Position numbers and translations under genes: made by a program. From Chiloscyllium plagiosum (Eukaryota), in assembly GCF_004010195.1 (NCBI RefSeq), contig NC_057720.1, forward strand, positions 3,639,255 to 3,668,228: 28,974 nt of DNA, written 5' to 3'. The notes beneath the pieces are model-generated. The model was not told the origin of the DNA, did no database searches, and saw only the letters and a list, made by a program, of their open reading frames with translations. Every line of letters begins with the position of its first letter. Within the stretch, counting starts at the first letter, position 1. Below, piece after piece: positions 1-10,865 of the stretch.

Positions 1-69
1 GGCGGGAATTGAACCCGGGTCTCAGGCACTGTGAGGCAGCAGTGCTAACACTGTGCCACTGTGCCGCCC
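1..69 (-). mobile_element. HE1-like tRNA-derived SINE, 5' head (cut by window edge)
   Basis: Reverse complement reads GGGCGGCACAGTGGCACAGTGTTAGCACTGCTGCCTCACAG...GGTTCAATTCCCGCC with Pol III A/B boxes; same family as 27111-27414. Confidence 0.85.
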
Positions 70-94
70 ACTTTAAAAAGCATTGTTGATGGAT

Positions 95-220
95 GGAACA
101 GTGCAGTTCTCCCTTGCTGCTGTACCTCAGGTTTTGTCCTGGATATAGTGCTGAAATCTCTGGAGTGGGACTTGGAGCACACAGTTTCTGACGGAGGTGA
201 GAGAGACAGCCCTGAACAAC
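95..220 (-). mobile_element. Old Deu-domain (SacSINE1/AmnSINE-like) SINE fragment
   Basis: cagtgcagttctccc...ctctggagtgggacttg...ttctgac resembles the recalled antisense head of this SINE group; heavily diverged. Confidence 0.5.
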
Positions 221-3200
221 AACTGATAGTTTTAGTTTAGAATGGAAAGCATTGTATAAATTTCATTCCTGGGAAATAATGTCCTTTAACCCTCTGGACT
301 TTTGTTAAAATCAAGTTTTTGCTTTTCTTTGGCCATCAGCACAAAATCTGGAAGGGTTAATTCCCTTGAGCAAAGTAATAGTTTAAAATTTATTTCTATT
401 TAGATTATCTAATCATGCAGAAAACCTGCAAGATTAAATTGCTCTCAAAGTTGCATGTCGTAGAAACCAATAATTTCATTTTACATTATGGGTCAAACCT
501 TAATTTTAAATTGTTAGACTCTTTGCAGCATTTTTAGCCAGAGAAAAGGACACGATTGATTTCGATCTATATTTATTGAATTGATGCTGTCAAGAATGTT
601 TTAACATTGAAGGGTTTTTCAATTTATTGAACTGGAGTCAAACTTGCATAAATGTATCGTTTGAACTATGTTTTTGTGTTTCTCCCTCCCCCCTCCCATT
701 TTTTTGGAACATTTAATTTGCTGTCAGTTTATAAATTTGCAACATGCTTTTTACTTATTGACTTTCTTTAGAAACTTAGTCCTCAATCTTTTATGTACAA
801 TATTAGCATTGCACTTAAATACACTGGAAGTTCAGTAATTGTGATGAGCTTGCAGTCACTCTGCATTCATGTATTTCCTTAATAAATTACTGAACAGCTT
901 GAGCAAAGGGTTAATATGTTCACCTAGCTACTGTGACCTTTGCATGTATGTTATGTCGCTATTTAAAAATAACATTGGTTCTTTGACATTCCAGTAGCAG
1001 TAATGAAATTCAGTTTTTAAAAAATGTATAACACTACGTTTTGGCGCCGCTTGTACACTTAGGGCATTGTTCAGGTAATTGGCCATCCAAATGTATGACC
1101 CCCAGGGTGCTTGCCAGTCATGACCCTGGAATGTGAATCGATATCATTAAACACAACAGGGACCAGTTAATGCTAGTAGACAGCAATATCTCTGACTGAA
1201 AGCTTACTGTCACCTCTGATACTCTGCAAACAGTGCTGTACTTGTACTTACGTTTTGAGGACTCAATGTTTTCTAGTCTTTCAATTGTTTAGCATGAAAG
1301 AAACCATTCAAAATTTTGGAGAGGTCACCACATTTGGTGGTACTTAAAATGTCTTGTCTTATCTTTGGCTATGTTAGCTGTTTTGCAAAAATAGCAAGCA
1401 GCCATATACTACAGTTCATGGATTAATTATTCTAAGATTTCTTAGGTGTTGATCTTGTAATTAAAAATTGCATTTTTTTTTTCAAAACAAATCCTTTAGA
1501 TCCTCAGCAGGTCTACGTACTGAGTAAATAGGTTTAGAAAGGAGTATTGAGAGGTAGGATGGTGATGGACAAACAGAGCGCAGCAATCTGTGTTTATACC
1601 TTTCATCTATTTCCTTTCTTGTTCGTCTTGGCATTGGTGATGGTAATTTTTGAAGTGGTAATCAATTTTCTTACATGTCAGTTCTGCACCTTAAGGTTTA
1701 ATTTACATATTGTGCATATTTAAGTAAAACATTATGAAAAATGCACTTCAACAGAAATTGAAAAGAACAATCAAAATTGTAAATTGTCCTTTTTCTCAGC
1801 CAGTGGGCCTGTCTGGCAGTCTGTGTGGTAGACATCATCCTTCCTTACTATGTTCACATGTGGGCCACTAAAAGGTACAAAAAATCTATTTCCCGTTAAG
1901 TCGTCTTTTCACCATGACTGATTCTGCACAGCATGAATTGACCAAATGATTGAGCAAGCTGGTGCATTCAGTTTTAAGTGTGTTATCCACTTAAACTGTA
2001 AGGAAATCTATAATTTTTCTCAAAAATCTTTTAAGATGATCGATCGGAACCTTGAAGTACATATGGAAATGTTGAATTTTGAACTTAAAGCAATATACTT
2101 TTAAGAAAGGACAGCTGCAGCCAAAAGCTGACTTGGGATGTAAATTCAGTGACTGACAGAATCTTGTGTGGATCCATGGAATGTCGTACCCATGCAGTGT
2201 CAGGAAACTTCAAATAGATTAAGCAGGAAGACAAAAGAGTTTGACTACCCACACCCCTCTTAGCAGGCAGGCATTTCTTGCAGAGTTATGTTTGTTTTAC
2301 TCTTTCAGAGTTATGCAAGTAAGGGGGCTAAAAACCGACTGCAAATTTCTTGTTTGTCTGCCCATGTGTTTGTGGTGTGACATGTTAGTGTGTGTGTGTA
2401 GGCCACAGCTTGGGAACAGTCATTAAACATGCTTCTGCACTGAACCTGAGCTGTTATTTATTACATTTGTTTTAACTGCAGGCAAAGAAATGTATAAATT
2501 GTCATCACAGCTCTGCTAGATGAAACACAAACCCCCTTCTTTAAATATCCACACAGGCAAATAAGCAAACATGGATATTATGGTTAAAAGGGAAATTTTA
2601 AAAAAGTACAATAGCGTCAGTCCACAGGATTCAAAGAGGTATTCCTTTTGCTTCTACCATAATCATCTGTTCTCCAAACTCCTTTTTGGAGAGAAAGAGA
2701 GACAAACAGACTGACTCTCTTGTAGTCTAGAGACTTCTGCCTCCATCCTGTTCATGCAGGTACTGTCCTCATCTCCAAAATTCAATTAGAGTTGTTGTCA
2801 TGCTGCTGGCTCCTGGCCTCTGCAACTTAACCTAATTAGTTTGTACAATCAGCAGTCTGTTCCTGGATGAAGCTTGCTCTGCACACACTGAGGCACATTG
2901 GATATCTTCACCGAGTGCATGAACGAAATAAACATAACTCACCGTGTGTTTCAATAACTTGCTTTAAAAGTTCAGCAGCTCCTTCCACGGTCCTTGGTTT
3001 AAAGCAGAGCTTTTCCCATTTTAGTCTAACATCCAGTATAAAGAAAAAGGTGTCTTTACAAAAGATGCACAGTCATAAAGCTAACAGCCAGGCATTGTTG
3101 AAAGGAACCAAGACAAAAGAATTTTATACTATCTACACTTAACAAATAAATCTGGTATTTTAAATTTTTTTTTGGACTTCTTTTTCTTAATCTATGTTGC

Positions 3201-4033
3201 ATTATTATTTCTGCTCAAGTGGTGGCTAATGAACTCACTATTTTGTTAACTCAAGAAAGCCTAGCTAAATAGGCTCATGCTAAAATTCACTTGGTCTGAG
3301 AGAAAGGCATTTACATAAGGCAAGGAACCCCTTACTGCAACGAGCGGAGGGGCTAGATGTTTCCCTTTATCCCTTCTAGCACAGGAGCTTTAATGATTTG
3401 GGTAACCCATCTGGACCTAGAACACATTGGGGAACCTGGACATAATAGTGGCAATACTGTGTGTGGCCTCTTTTGATATTAATAGCCAATTCACCAGCTT
3501 AGATATGATGCTGTGTTGAGAATGAGAACCAAAAAGGTCAATGTGCTTTTCCACCTTGCTTGCCATTTCTTAAGCCAAACCTGAAAGGGGTATATTCCAC
3601 CCTTTGTGTCCAAAATTAGAGATGATTGTTATTAGGGCAGTGTTTACTAAATGATTCTTACTGCACTAAGAGTTACCAATTTAAGATTATCAGTTGACTT
3701 TGCAGTGTTACTCATTTGTGCTTCACCTGTTTCTGTTATTTCTGGGTAAAAGGAATATGTTCGTTCATCAGATTTTGAAGGAAAGGTCTATGGAGCTAGC
3801 CAATCTTTGGTCAGGGCATTGTTATGGGAATGCAATCAGTCAATTTGCCTGCTTTGAATTTAACAAAGACACTTACCTTCTTGCTGCATCTATGCCAATA
3901 TATTTCAACAGCCACTTCTCATGCTGTGGAAATTTTGCTTTGTTTTTAATTTTTTAATTTTGGCATTTCAGTCTTGGGTGCATTTGCCTTCAACTTTGTC
4001 TCATTTTGGCAATGTTTAAGTTCTGTAACAAAG

Positions 4034-5040
4034 TCATAGAGTCAAACAGCATAGAAACAGACCCTTTAGTCCAACTAGTCCACGCTAAACATAATCCCAA
4101 ACTAAACTAGTCTGCATGCTTACTCTAGGCCCATATCCCTCCAAACCTGGCTTATTCTTTTAAACATTGTAACTGTGCCCGCATCGGTCATTTCCTCAGG
4201 AAGTTCATTCTATACACAAACCACCTTTTGTGTAAAAAAAAAAGCCCCTTTCTTAAATCTCTCTCCTGTCCTCTTAGAAATATGCCCCCTAGTGTTGAAA
4301 TCCCCCATCCTAGGGAAAATACACCTATCATAACCCTATCTATACCCCTCATGATTTTACAAATCTCTGTAAGGTTACCTCTCAACCTCCTACGGTCCAG
4401 TGAAAGAAGTTGCAGCCTATCCAGCCTTTCTTTATAACTGAAACCTTCCATACCTGGCAACATCCTGGTAAATCTTTTCTAAACCCTTTGTAGCTTAATA
4501 ATATCCTTCCTATAGCAGGGCAAGCAGAGCTGCTCAGTATTCCAGCCTGACCCTGCTGTACTTTTCCAGCACCACACTCTTGACTCTAATCTTCAGCATT
4601 TGCAGTCCTCACTTTTGCTTCATCAACATCCTGTACAACCTCAACATGACATCGTAACTCCTATACTCAAAGGACTGAGCAATGTAGGCAAGCATGCTAA
4701 ATGCCTTTTTAAACTACAAAGCATTATGTCCTGAACCCCTAGTTCTACCACCCAGGGCCCTACCATTAATTGTATAAGCCCTGCCCCTGTTGTACCAAAT
4801 GCAATACCTTGCATTTTTCCAAATTGAACTGCATCTGCATTTTTCAGCTCATTTGATCAAAATCCCTTTGTAATCTTAGAAAACCTTCACTGACTACTAT
4901 GCCACCAATTCCTCTGGAACGCTGCTGGTGACAGGCCTCCCGTCTGAAAAGCAACCTTCTACCACTCTGTCTCCTGCTGTTAAGCTAATTTTGTATCCAA
5001 TTAGGAAGCTCCCCCTGAATCATGTTACTAATTAGTCTTG
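4034..5040 (-). mobile_element. CR1-clade LINE, 3' fragment
   Basis: Minus ORF MLPGMEGFSYKERLDRLQLLSLDRRRLRGNLTEICKIMRGIDR is a CR1 ORF2 C-terminus; 3' UTR/tail near 4034. Confidence 0.85.
4546..4618 (+). mobile_element. Fragment of the short Penelope-derived element (family A 3' part) inside CR1
   Basis: gcctgaccctgctgtacttttccagc...cagcatttgcagtcctcactttt matches the 3' half of 9723-9816 and 19247-19342; no clear TSD. Confidence 0.7.
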
Positions 5041-5077
5041 AACCGGTACACTCAAAAGCGATTCATTATAATGATGG

Positions 5078-5672
5078 AGAATCACACAGTATAGAAAGAA
5101 GCCCTTTGGCCTGACTAATAAACAGCACACTACACTAATCTCATTTACCTGCACTTGGTCCATAGCCCACTATGTTCTATCATTTTCAATACTCATAAGA
5201 TACTTCTTAAATGTTGCAAGAGTACCTGCCTCCACTATCTTGTAAGGCAACACATTCCATACATTTACCACCCTCTGGCTGAAAACATCTTTCTCAGATC
5301 TCCTGTAAACCTCTTACTCCTCACCTTAAACATATGCCCTCTGCCATGGGGAAGAAATTCTTACAATCTACTTTATCTGTGATTCTCATAATTTTGTATG
5401 CCTTAATCAGCTCCCCCTCAGCCTCCTTTGCTCAATCCAGCCTATCTAGTTTCTTCTCGTAACTGAGACTTTCCGTCCTAGGCAACATCTTGATGAATCT
5501 CGGCGCCCTCTCCAGTGCAATCATATCCTTCTGGTAGTGTGGTGACACCGTATTCCACCTGTGGCCTAGCCAATGTTTTATAAGGTTGGGACAAGACTTT
5601 CTGACTCCTATATTCTATGCCCTGGCAAATGAAGGCAAGCATTTCACATGCTGGCTTCACCACACTGAGCTT
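5078..5672 (-). mobile_element. CR1-clade LINE, 3' fragment (decayed)
   Basis: Minus ORF ...MLAFICQGIEYRSQKVLSQPYKTLARPQVEY resembles CR1 ORF2; CR1-type 3' UTR near 5080. Confidence 0.8.
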
Positions 5673-5682
5673 CACCTGTGCT

Positions 5683-5789
5683 GAGTTAAAAAATCACACA
5701 ACACTGGGTTATAGTCCAACAGATTTAATTGGAAGCACTAGGTTTCGGAGCGCTGCTCCTTCATCAGGTGGTTGTCAACCACCTGATGA
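5683..5789 (-). mobile_element. Penelope-derived terminal repeat, family B, copy 1
   Basis: Near-identical to 5836-5920; ends in a perfect 14-bp inverted repeat (5761-5774 / 5776-5789). Confidence 0.7.
5736..5770 (-). ncRNA. Minimal hammerhead ribozyme motif, family B, degenerate
   Basis: Reverse complement: cac-CTGATGA-A-GGAGC-AGC-GCTCC-GAAA-CCTA-gtg. The AGCU palindrome seen in the sister copies is changed to ACCU. Confidence 0.55.
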
Positions 5790-5834
5790 TGGTGTTGTTG
5801 ATAGAGTTCCAGTTAGAATACTATGCTTCTAGGT

Positions 5835-6050
5835 GAAAAATCACACAACACCAGGTTATAGTCCAACAGGTTTATTGGAAGCACACTAGCTTTTGGAGCG
5901 ACGCTCCTTCATCAGGTGATAGTCTGATCGCCTGATGAAGGAGCGTCGCTCCGAAAGCTAGTGTGCTTCCAATTAAACCTGTTGGACTATAACATGGTGT
6001 TGTGATTTTTAAGTTTGTACACCCCAGTCCAACATCGACATCTCCAAATC
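5835..6050 (+). mobile_element. Fold-back Penelope-derived mini-element, family B, 12-bp TSD
   Basis: TSD ATGCTTCTAGGT at 5823-5834 and 6051-6062; imperfect inverted arms about 5836-5920 and 5927-6010. Confidence 0.85.
5929..5963 (+). ncRNA. Minimal hammerhead ribozyme motif, family B, intact core
   Basis: cgc-CTGATGA(5932-5938)-A-GGAGC-GTC-GCTCC-GAAA-GCTA^gtg. 5-bp stem II, palindromic AGCU in place of stem III, 3-bp stem I with one G.U pair, predicted cut after 5960. The mirror copy at 5884-5918 (-) has GAAA changed to AAAA. Confidence 0.7.
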
Positions 6051-6174
6051 ATGCTTCTAGGTATTCTCGTGTGTGTCTCTGTTTGGCTTGTCCTAATATG
6101 GATGTGTTGTCCGAGTTGAAGTGGTGTTCTTCCTCATCTGTATGTAAGAATACTAGTGAGAGTGGGTCACGCCT

Positions 6175-6368
6175 TGAGACTTGAACCCATGCCTCTTGGC
6201 CCACAGGTGGGGAAACTACCATTGCACCACAGTGGCTCAGATAAATCTGTTGGTGAACTAATTTTTCTAATCAGCCTGTTCAGAGGTGTTATTTCACAGT
6301 CTGGAGCAGGTGGGACTTGAACCCAGGCTTCTCTGGTCCAGGGGCAGTGGCACTGCCACTGTGCCAAT
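6175..6368 (-). mobile_element. tRNA-derived SINE with two tandem heads
   Basis: Two related antisense A-box/B-box units (gacttgaaccc at about 6177 and 6314). Confidence 0.6.
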
Positions 6369-6471
6369 GAAAATAAGGAACTGTTGTTCTGAGATTAAAA
6401 CTTAAGGAGCCAGGATATTTTGCAACTAATCCATCCTTGAGGTCTGGCTGCTGAAGGAGTTGCCAGTAGCT

Positions 6472-7556
6472 CCTTTGACAAGGTTCCACAAGGTAGACTA
6501 ATTAGTGAAGTTAGATCACATGGGGTTCAGTGTGAGCTTACTGATTGGATACAAAATTGACTTCATCACCACAGTTTCCTGGCATTAAGGGTTGGTTTGG
6601 TTTGGAGGCCAGTTACCAGCGGTGTTCTGTAGGGATCAGTGCTGGTCCACTTTTATTTGTCACTTACATAAATAATTTAGATGGCATGGTTAGTAAGTTT
6701 GCGGATGACACCAAACTTGGTGGTATAATGGATAGTAAAGAGGTTATCTAAGGTTACAAAGAGAACTTGTTCAATTGGGTTGATGAGCTGAGGAGTGGCA
6801 GATGGAGTTTAGTTTGGATAAGTGTGAGGTATTGCATTTTGATAATACAGACAAGGGCAAGACTTACACAGTTAATGGTAGGGCCTTGGGTAGTATTGTA
6901 GAACAGAGAGAACTACGGGTTCAGGTACATAATTCTTTGAAGTTTGTCTCGCAGGTAGACAGGGTGGTTAAGAAGGCATTTAGCATCCTTGCTTTCATTG
7001 CACAGTCTTTTGAGTATAGGAGTTGGGAAGTCATGTTGAGGTTGTACAGGACGTTGGTGAGGGCTCCTTTTGGAATACTGTGTGCAGTTCTGGTCACCCT
7101 GTTTTAGAAAGGATATTATTAGGCTGAATCAAGTTCAGAAAAGATTTATTACAATGTTGCTGGGAATGGAGGGTTTGAGTTATAAGGAGAGGCTGGATAG
7201 CCTGGGGCTGCCTTCACTGGAGGGTAGGGTGTTGAGGGGTGACCTTATAGAGGTTTATAAAACAATAAGGGGTATCCTTTCCCTAAGATGGAGGATTTCG
7301 AGACTAGGCGGCATAATTTTAAGGTCAGAAGAAAAAGATTTTAATAAGACATGTTAAAAAATTTTTTTTAAACAGAGATTGGTTTGTGTGTAGAATGAAC
7401 AAGTACAGTTGCAACATTTAAAAAGATATTTGGGTAGGAACATGAATAAGAGGGAGATATGGGCCAAGCGCAGGCAGATGAGACTGGTTTAGTTTGGGAT
7501 TATGGTCAGCATGGACTGGTTGGACTGAAGCTCTGTTTCCATGCAGTTTGACTCTC
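6472..7556 (+). mobile_element. CR1-clade LINE, RT C-terminus to 3' end
   Basis: [24 protein letters not shown] and EYCVQFWSP motifs in frameshifted ORFs; CR1 3' UTR ending near 7555. Confidence 0.9.
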
Positions 7557-8319
7557 ATTCTTATTGGCACATTAGTGGTAAAGTGCATCATGAAAATGAC
7601 TTTGAATTATGCCATTGGTCATAGAGTGAACAATTGACAGCTGCTTCTGTTATTCAGAAGTAGGAGAGTTATTGGTGCTCAGATGGATCATTGCGAGGTA
7701 TCATTGTCAGGTGAGCCATTAATCCTGTTGGATATCAAGAGGATTGGATAATATATATGGGGTGGCATTAGTATTGCTGCACTCAAGGGCTATTGAAACA
7801 TGCACAAGAATTTTAGAGGGAAATAATTTCTTTGATATGGGGATGGCTTTGGTTAGAGTGTAGGCTGGTTAGAAACTAGCATACGTCACAAGCATAGCCT
7901 GTCAGTCGTGATTTGAAAGGAGTGCTCATATGAAAATATGGGTGTTTTTAGCCCTTCTCTGCTTTAGTACAACTAAATTATGAAATGTTTGAGTTGTTTT
8001 TAGATCAGTGCAAGACACTATTGAAAAGGATATGTAGCCCAGATATTTTAATGTAGTTGTACTTTGGCTCCAGTGTCTGTGTCAGACTTTGTGGGATCTA
8101 TGATTTTACACATCATTTCAGCCAATCTCTTGGCCACATTTGGTTTGTATTGTAAGGGACCCAAGATCATGTACCTAGTTATTGATTGGTATGGCATGAC
8201 CTCGTGGTTTAAGTTTTCTCTGCATAAATTTTAAAAATCTGAAGCGTATGGACTTTGTAGTGTTGTGAAAAAGTGAATTTTATTTGTGTTTATTGTAAAA
8301 CTAACTTTACCATTAACCA

Positions 8320-9675
8320 GAAGCTCAACTAGACTCACCATATAAATGCAATGGCTACAAGATCAGGTCAGAGACTAGAAATACTGTGACAGATAATTCA
8401 TTTCCTCACTCCCCAAAGCCCATCCACTATCCACAAGGCACAAGTATTATGAAGGTATAAAGGTGTACTGTACCTTTAAGAGAGTTGAAAAACTAGCAAA
8501 GACTGACAAAGCACAGAGAGTCCTGAACAAAGTAAGACTGTAACATTCGGGAAACAAATAGCTGCCGATGAGTTGCCATGAAACAAAAATAAATTCAAAT
8601 TCACCCAATCGGTTTAAATTATGCTTCAAGATACCAAAATCCAATCAAATTTGAATTTAGTATTTTGATAATATTAAAACCTATGAAACGATGTGATGTT
8701 TTGGCGTATAAAACTGGATATTTTGAACTGTTAGAAGGAGAACTGCAAAGGACATCCACAAATGTAGATTGCTAGTTGAGGAGCTCTCTGAAAGGTACCT
8801 GCCTGTAAGAAGTTTGCGCAGAAGAACATCAAAATTGACCTCGAGAAAATTTACAAAGGAGAATCGACAAAGCTGACTGGTTTTTGAAACATGATTTTTT
8901 TTTGTAAATCTTACTCAGGATTTTTATTGGACCAGTATTGTAGAGTGCAAGGCAAAAGATAGGTTTAAGATAAAGGAGTTGTAAATAGTTGTTGGTTTTA
9001 ATATTCTCTGTTGGACTTCAGGAATAAAATTGATAATTTTTACTTTAAATAGTGATCTCTGGGATAGTTCTTTGCCTTTTGAAATTTAACAGATTATGGC
9101 GCGAACTGAGCTTCTCTGTGTGACCGGTTTAAATTAGCAGAGGGGTTTACCCTGTGTCATAACAAAAGTCAAAAGTATGATGATGGAATACCCTCAGCTT
9201 GCCTGTTTATGTGCAACTTCAACAACTCTCAAGAAGATTGACACCATCCAGGACAAAGCTGCCTGGTTGATTGTCACCACGTTGTCAAAAATCCAGTCCC
9301 TCCACCACTGACGCTCAGTAGCAGCAGTGTATCTAGAAAATGCAGAAATTCAAAGGATTCTCAGACAGCACCTTCCAAATCCATGACCACTTCCTTTTGA
9401 ATGAACAAGAGTAGCAGATATGGGAACACCCACCACCTGCACATTTCCCTCCAAGCCACTCACCATCTTGACTTGGAAATGTATTGCCTTTCCTTCACGT
9501 TGCTGGGCCACAATCCTAGAATTCCCTCCCTAATGGCATTGTGGGTCAACCTAATGGCACGTGGAATGCAGTGGTTCAAGAAGGCAGCTCACCACTACCT
9601 TCTCAAGGGCAACTAGGTATGGGCATTAATTGCTGGCCAGCCAACAACACCTTGTCCCACAAGTGAATTTTTAAA
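8320..9675 (+). mobile_element. Old CR1/L2-type LINE 3' fragment interrupted by a solo LTR
   Basis: ...ccactatccacaaggcacaag (to 8444) continues at about 9169 as tc...tgatggaatac...ctcaagaagattgacaccatccaggacaaagc (coding remnant KKIDTIQDKA); tail near 9670. Confidence 0.65.
8445..9164 (+). mobile_element. Solo LTR (Gypsy-like), 720 bp
   Basis: Termini TATTATGA...TCATAACA (inverted; 5' TG decayed to TA); 4-bp TSD CAAG/AAAG with one mismatch; TATAAAA at 8707-8713 and AATAAA at 9023-9028; cleanly splits a LINE. Confidence 0.7.
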
Positions 9676-9722
9676 AAGCTTGTGGAATCGAGCCTTGCCT
9701 GTCCAACCATTCCTCACAAGAC

Positions 9723-9816
9723 GAATCTCCTGTTCCCTGGATGCTGCCTGACCTGCTGTGCTGTTCCAGCAATAAAGTTTCAACTTTGATCTCCAGCATC
9801 TGCAGACCTCACTTTC
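9723..9816 (+). mobile_element. 94-bp Penelope-derived mini-element, family A, 12-bp TSD
   Basis: TSD TCCTCACAAGAC at 9711-9722 and 9817-9828; one mismatch to 19247-19340. Confidence 0.9.
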
Positions 9817-9834
9817 TCCTCACAAGACAATTGA

Positions 9835-10100
9835 CCCATTCTAGGTATCCGTCAAATAAACTTTGAATAAATCTGAACTGCCAGTATTGCATTTACATCC
9901 ATCCTTAAATAAGATGACCAATATTTGTGCAGTACTCCAGATGCAGTGTCACCAGAGCCCTGCGTAACTGAAGCATAATGTTCCTACGTTTGTTTTCAAT
10001 TCCCTTTATAGTGAATGATGCTGTAATAGCTTTCCGAGGTATTTGTTATATTGTATTCAAATCTTTTATAATTCAAGCACCAGGACATCCAGATCCCTCT
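9835..10100 (-). mobile_element. CR1 ORF2 fragment
   Basis: Antisense of the ...LEYC...WS.YL region (gcagtactccagatg). Confidence 0.6.
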
Positions 10101-10584
10101 ATATCCCATATGTACATAAAGGAAAAGGCAATAATGTGTTTCAAAGGTTTGAGGTATATTACAGAATTAGATACTATCAAGTTGTAGCTGGGTACTTGAC
10201 AAAGATCCATTTACATAAAACTTCTGAACACCATAGCATATTCTCTGGAAGTCCCTCTCTGTGAAGGGTGGTCTAACTCAATGCCATTAAGTAATTCGGA
10301 ATCTTAAGACATGAAGCTAAAAGATCAAATATCTTGTTAACATGAGACAGCACAATGAAGAAATGTGATTTGTAGATTTAATATATTTTTGGTTGTACAA
10401 ACTTGGTGGGCCTAAGGCCCTCGTCTGAACTGTATTAGTTTAAGAATAAATGTAATTTCTGATACAAACCAACGAGGCATAAATTTGCTTAAAGGTAACT
10501 TATTATTGAAACAGTTGTTTTGTACTAAAACAGTTCAGTGAGGGAATTTCTATATGGTATTCAGGTTGAGGAAACCTTCATAGC

Positions 10585-10720
10585 ACTTTTGGATGTAGGT
10601 TTGCTCGCTGAGCTGGAAGGTTCATTTCCAGATGTTTCGTTACCCTACTAGGTAACACCTTCAGTGGGCCTCAGGCGAAGCACATAAATAAATAGAAAGC
10701 AGGAATTTTCAGCATTGTCT
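10585..10720 (-). mobile_element. Penelope-derived terminal repeat, family C
   Basis: Contains the hammerhead-like fold at 10628-10667; boundaries approximate. Confidence 0.5.
10628..10667 (-). ncRNA. Minimal hammerhead ribozyme motif, family C, decayed
   Basis: Reverse complement: cca-CTGAAGG-T-GTTACC-TAGTAG-GGTAAC-GAAA-CATC-tgg. 6-bp stem II and 3-bp stem I are intact; the core has A9>G and CGTC>CATC (CpG decay). Confidence 0.55.
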
Positions 10721-10729
10721 CGCCTGGAA

Positions 10730-10865
10730 CTAAATGGATCAAAGGTTTGGGGCGGACTGTGGGAGCAAGCTATTGATTTGCATGATCAGCCATAATCAAT
10801 ATGAATGGTGGAGTAGGCTCACAGGACTGAATGGCCTACGCCTATATTCGAGCTTCCTGTGCTTG
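10730..10865 (+). mobile_element. CR1 3' UTR fragment
   Basis: gatcagccat...gaatggtggagtaggctc...gaatggcctac matches the 3' end at 28570-28640. Confidence 0.6.

Larger units (their letters stand above)
5790..6170 (-). pseudogene. Penelope-like GIY-YIG endonuclease C-terminal remnant, split by a nested insertion
   Basis: Removing 5835-6050 and one TSD copy gives DPLSLVFLHTDEEEHHFNSDNTSILGQAKQRHTREYLEA*YSNWNSIN, fitting the H.F......IL.......R..LEA...I.N pattern of PLE endonucleases; in-frame stop. Confidence 0.7.

Noticed and set aside
1803..1838. VGLSGSLCGRHH after an AG, loosely like the upstream RhoGAP exon (VGLYRLCGS)
   Set aside because: Lacks the catalytic Arg, the spacing is wrong and similarity does not continue; chance match.
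2182..3140. Possible LTR-like segments (TGTCGT...GTGACA at 2182-2382 and adjacent DNA)
   Set aside because: No TSD, primer-binding site or second copy; not supportable without a repeat library.
5683..6010. Repeated palindromic units that could suggest a CRISPR array or DNA-transposon MITE
   Set aside because: No unique regular spacers or cas genes, vertebrate context. The asymmetric tail, 12-bp TSD and hammerhead cores fit PLE termini better.
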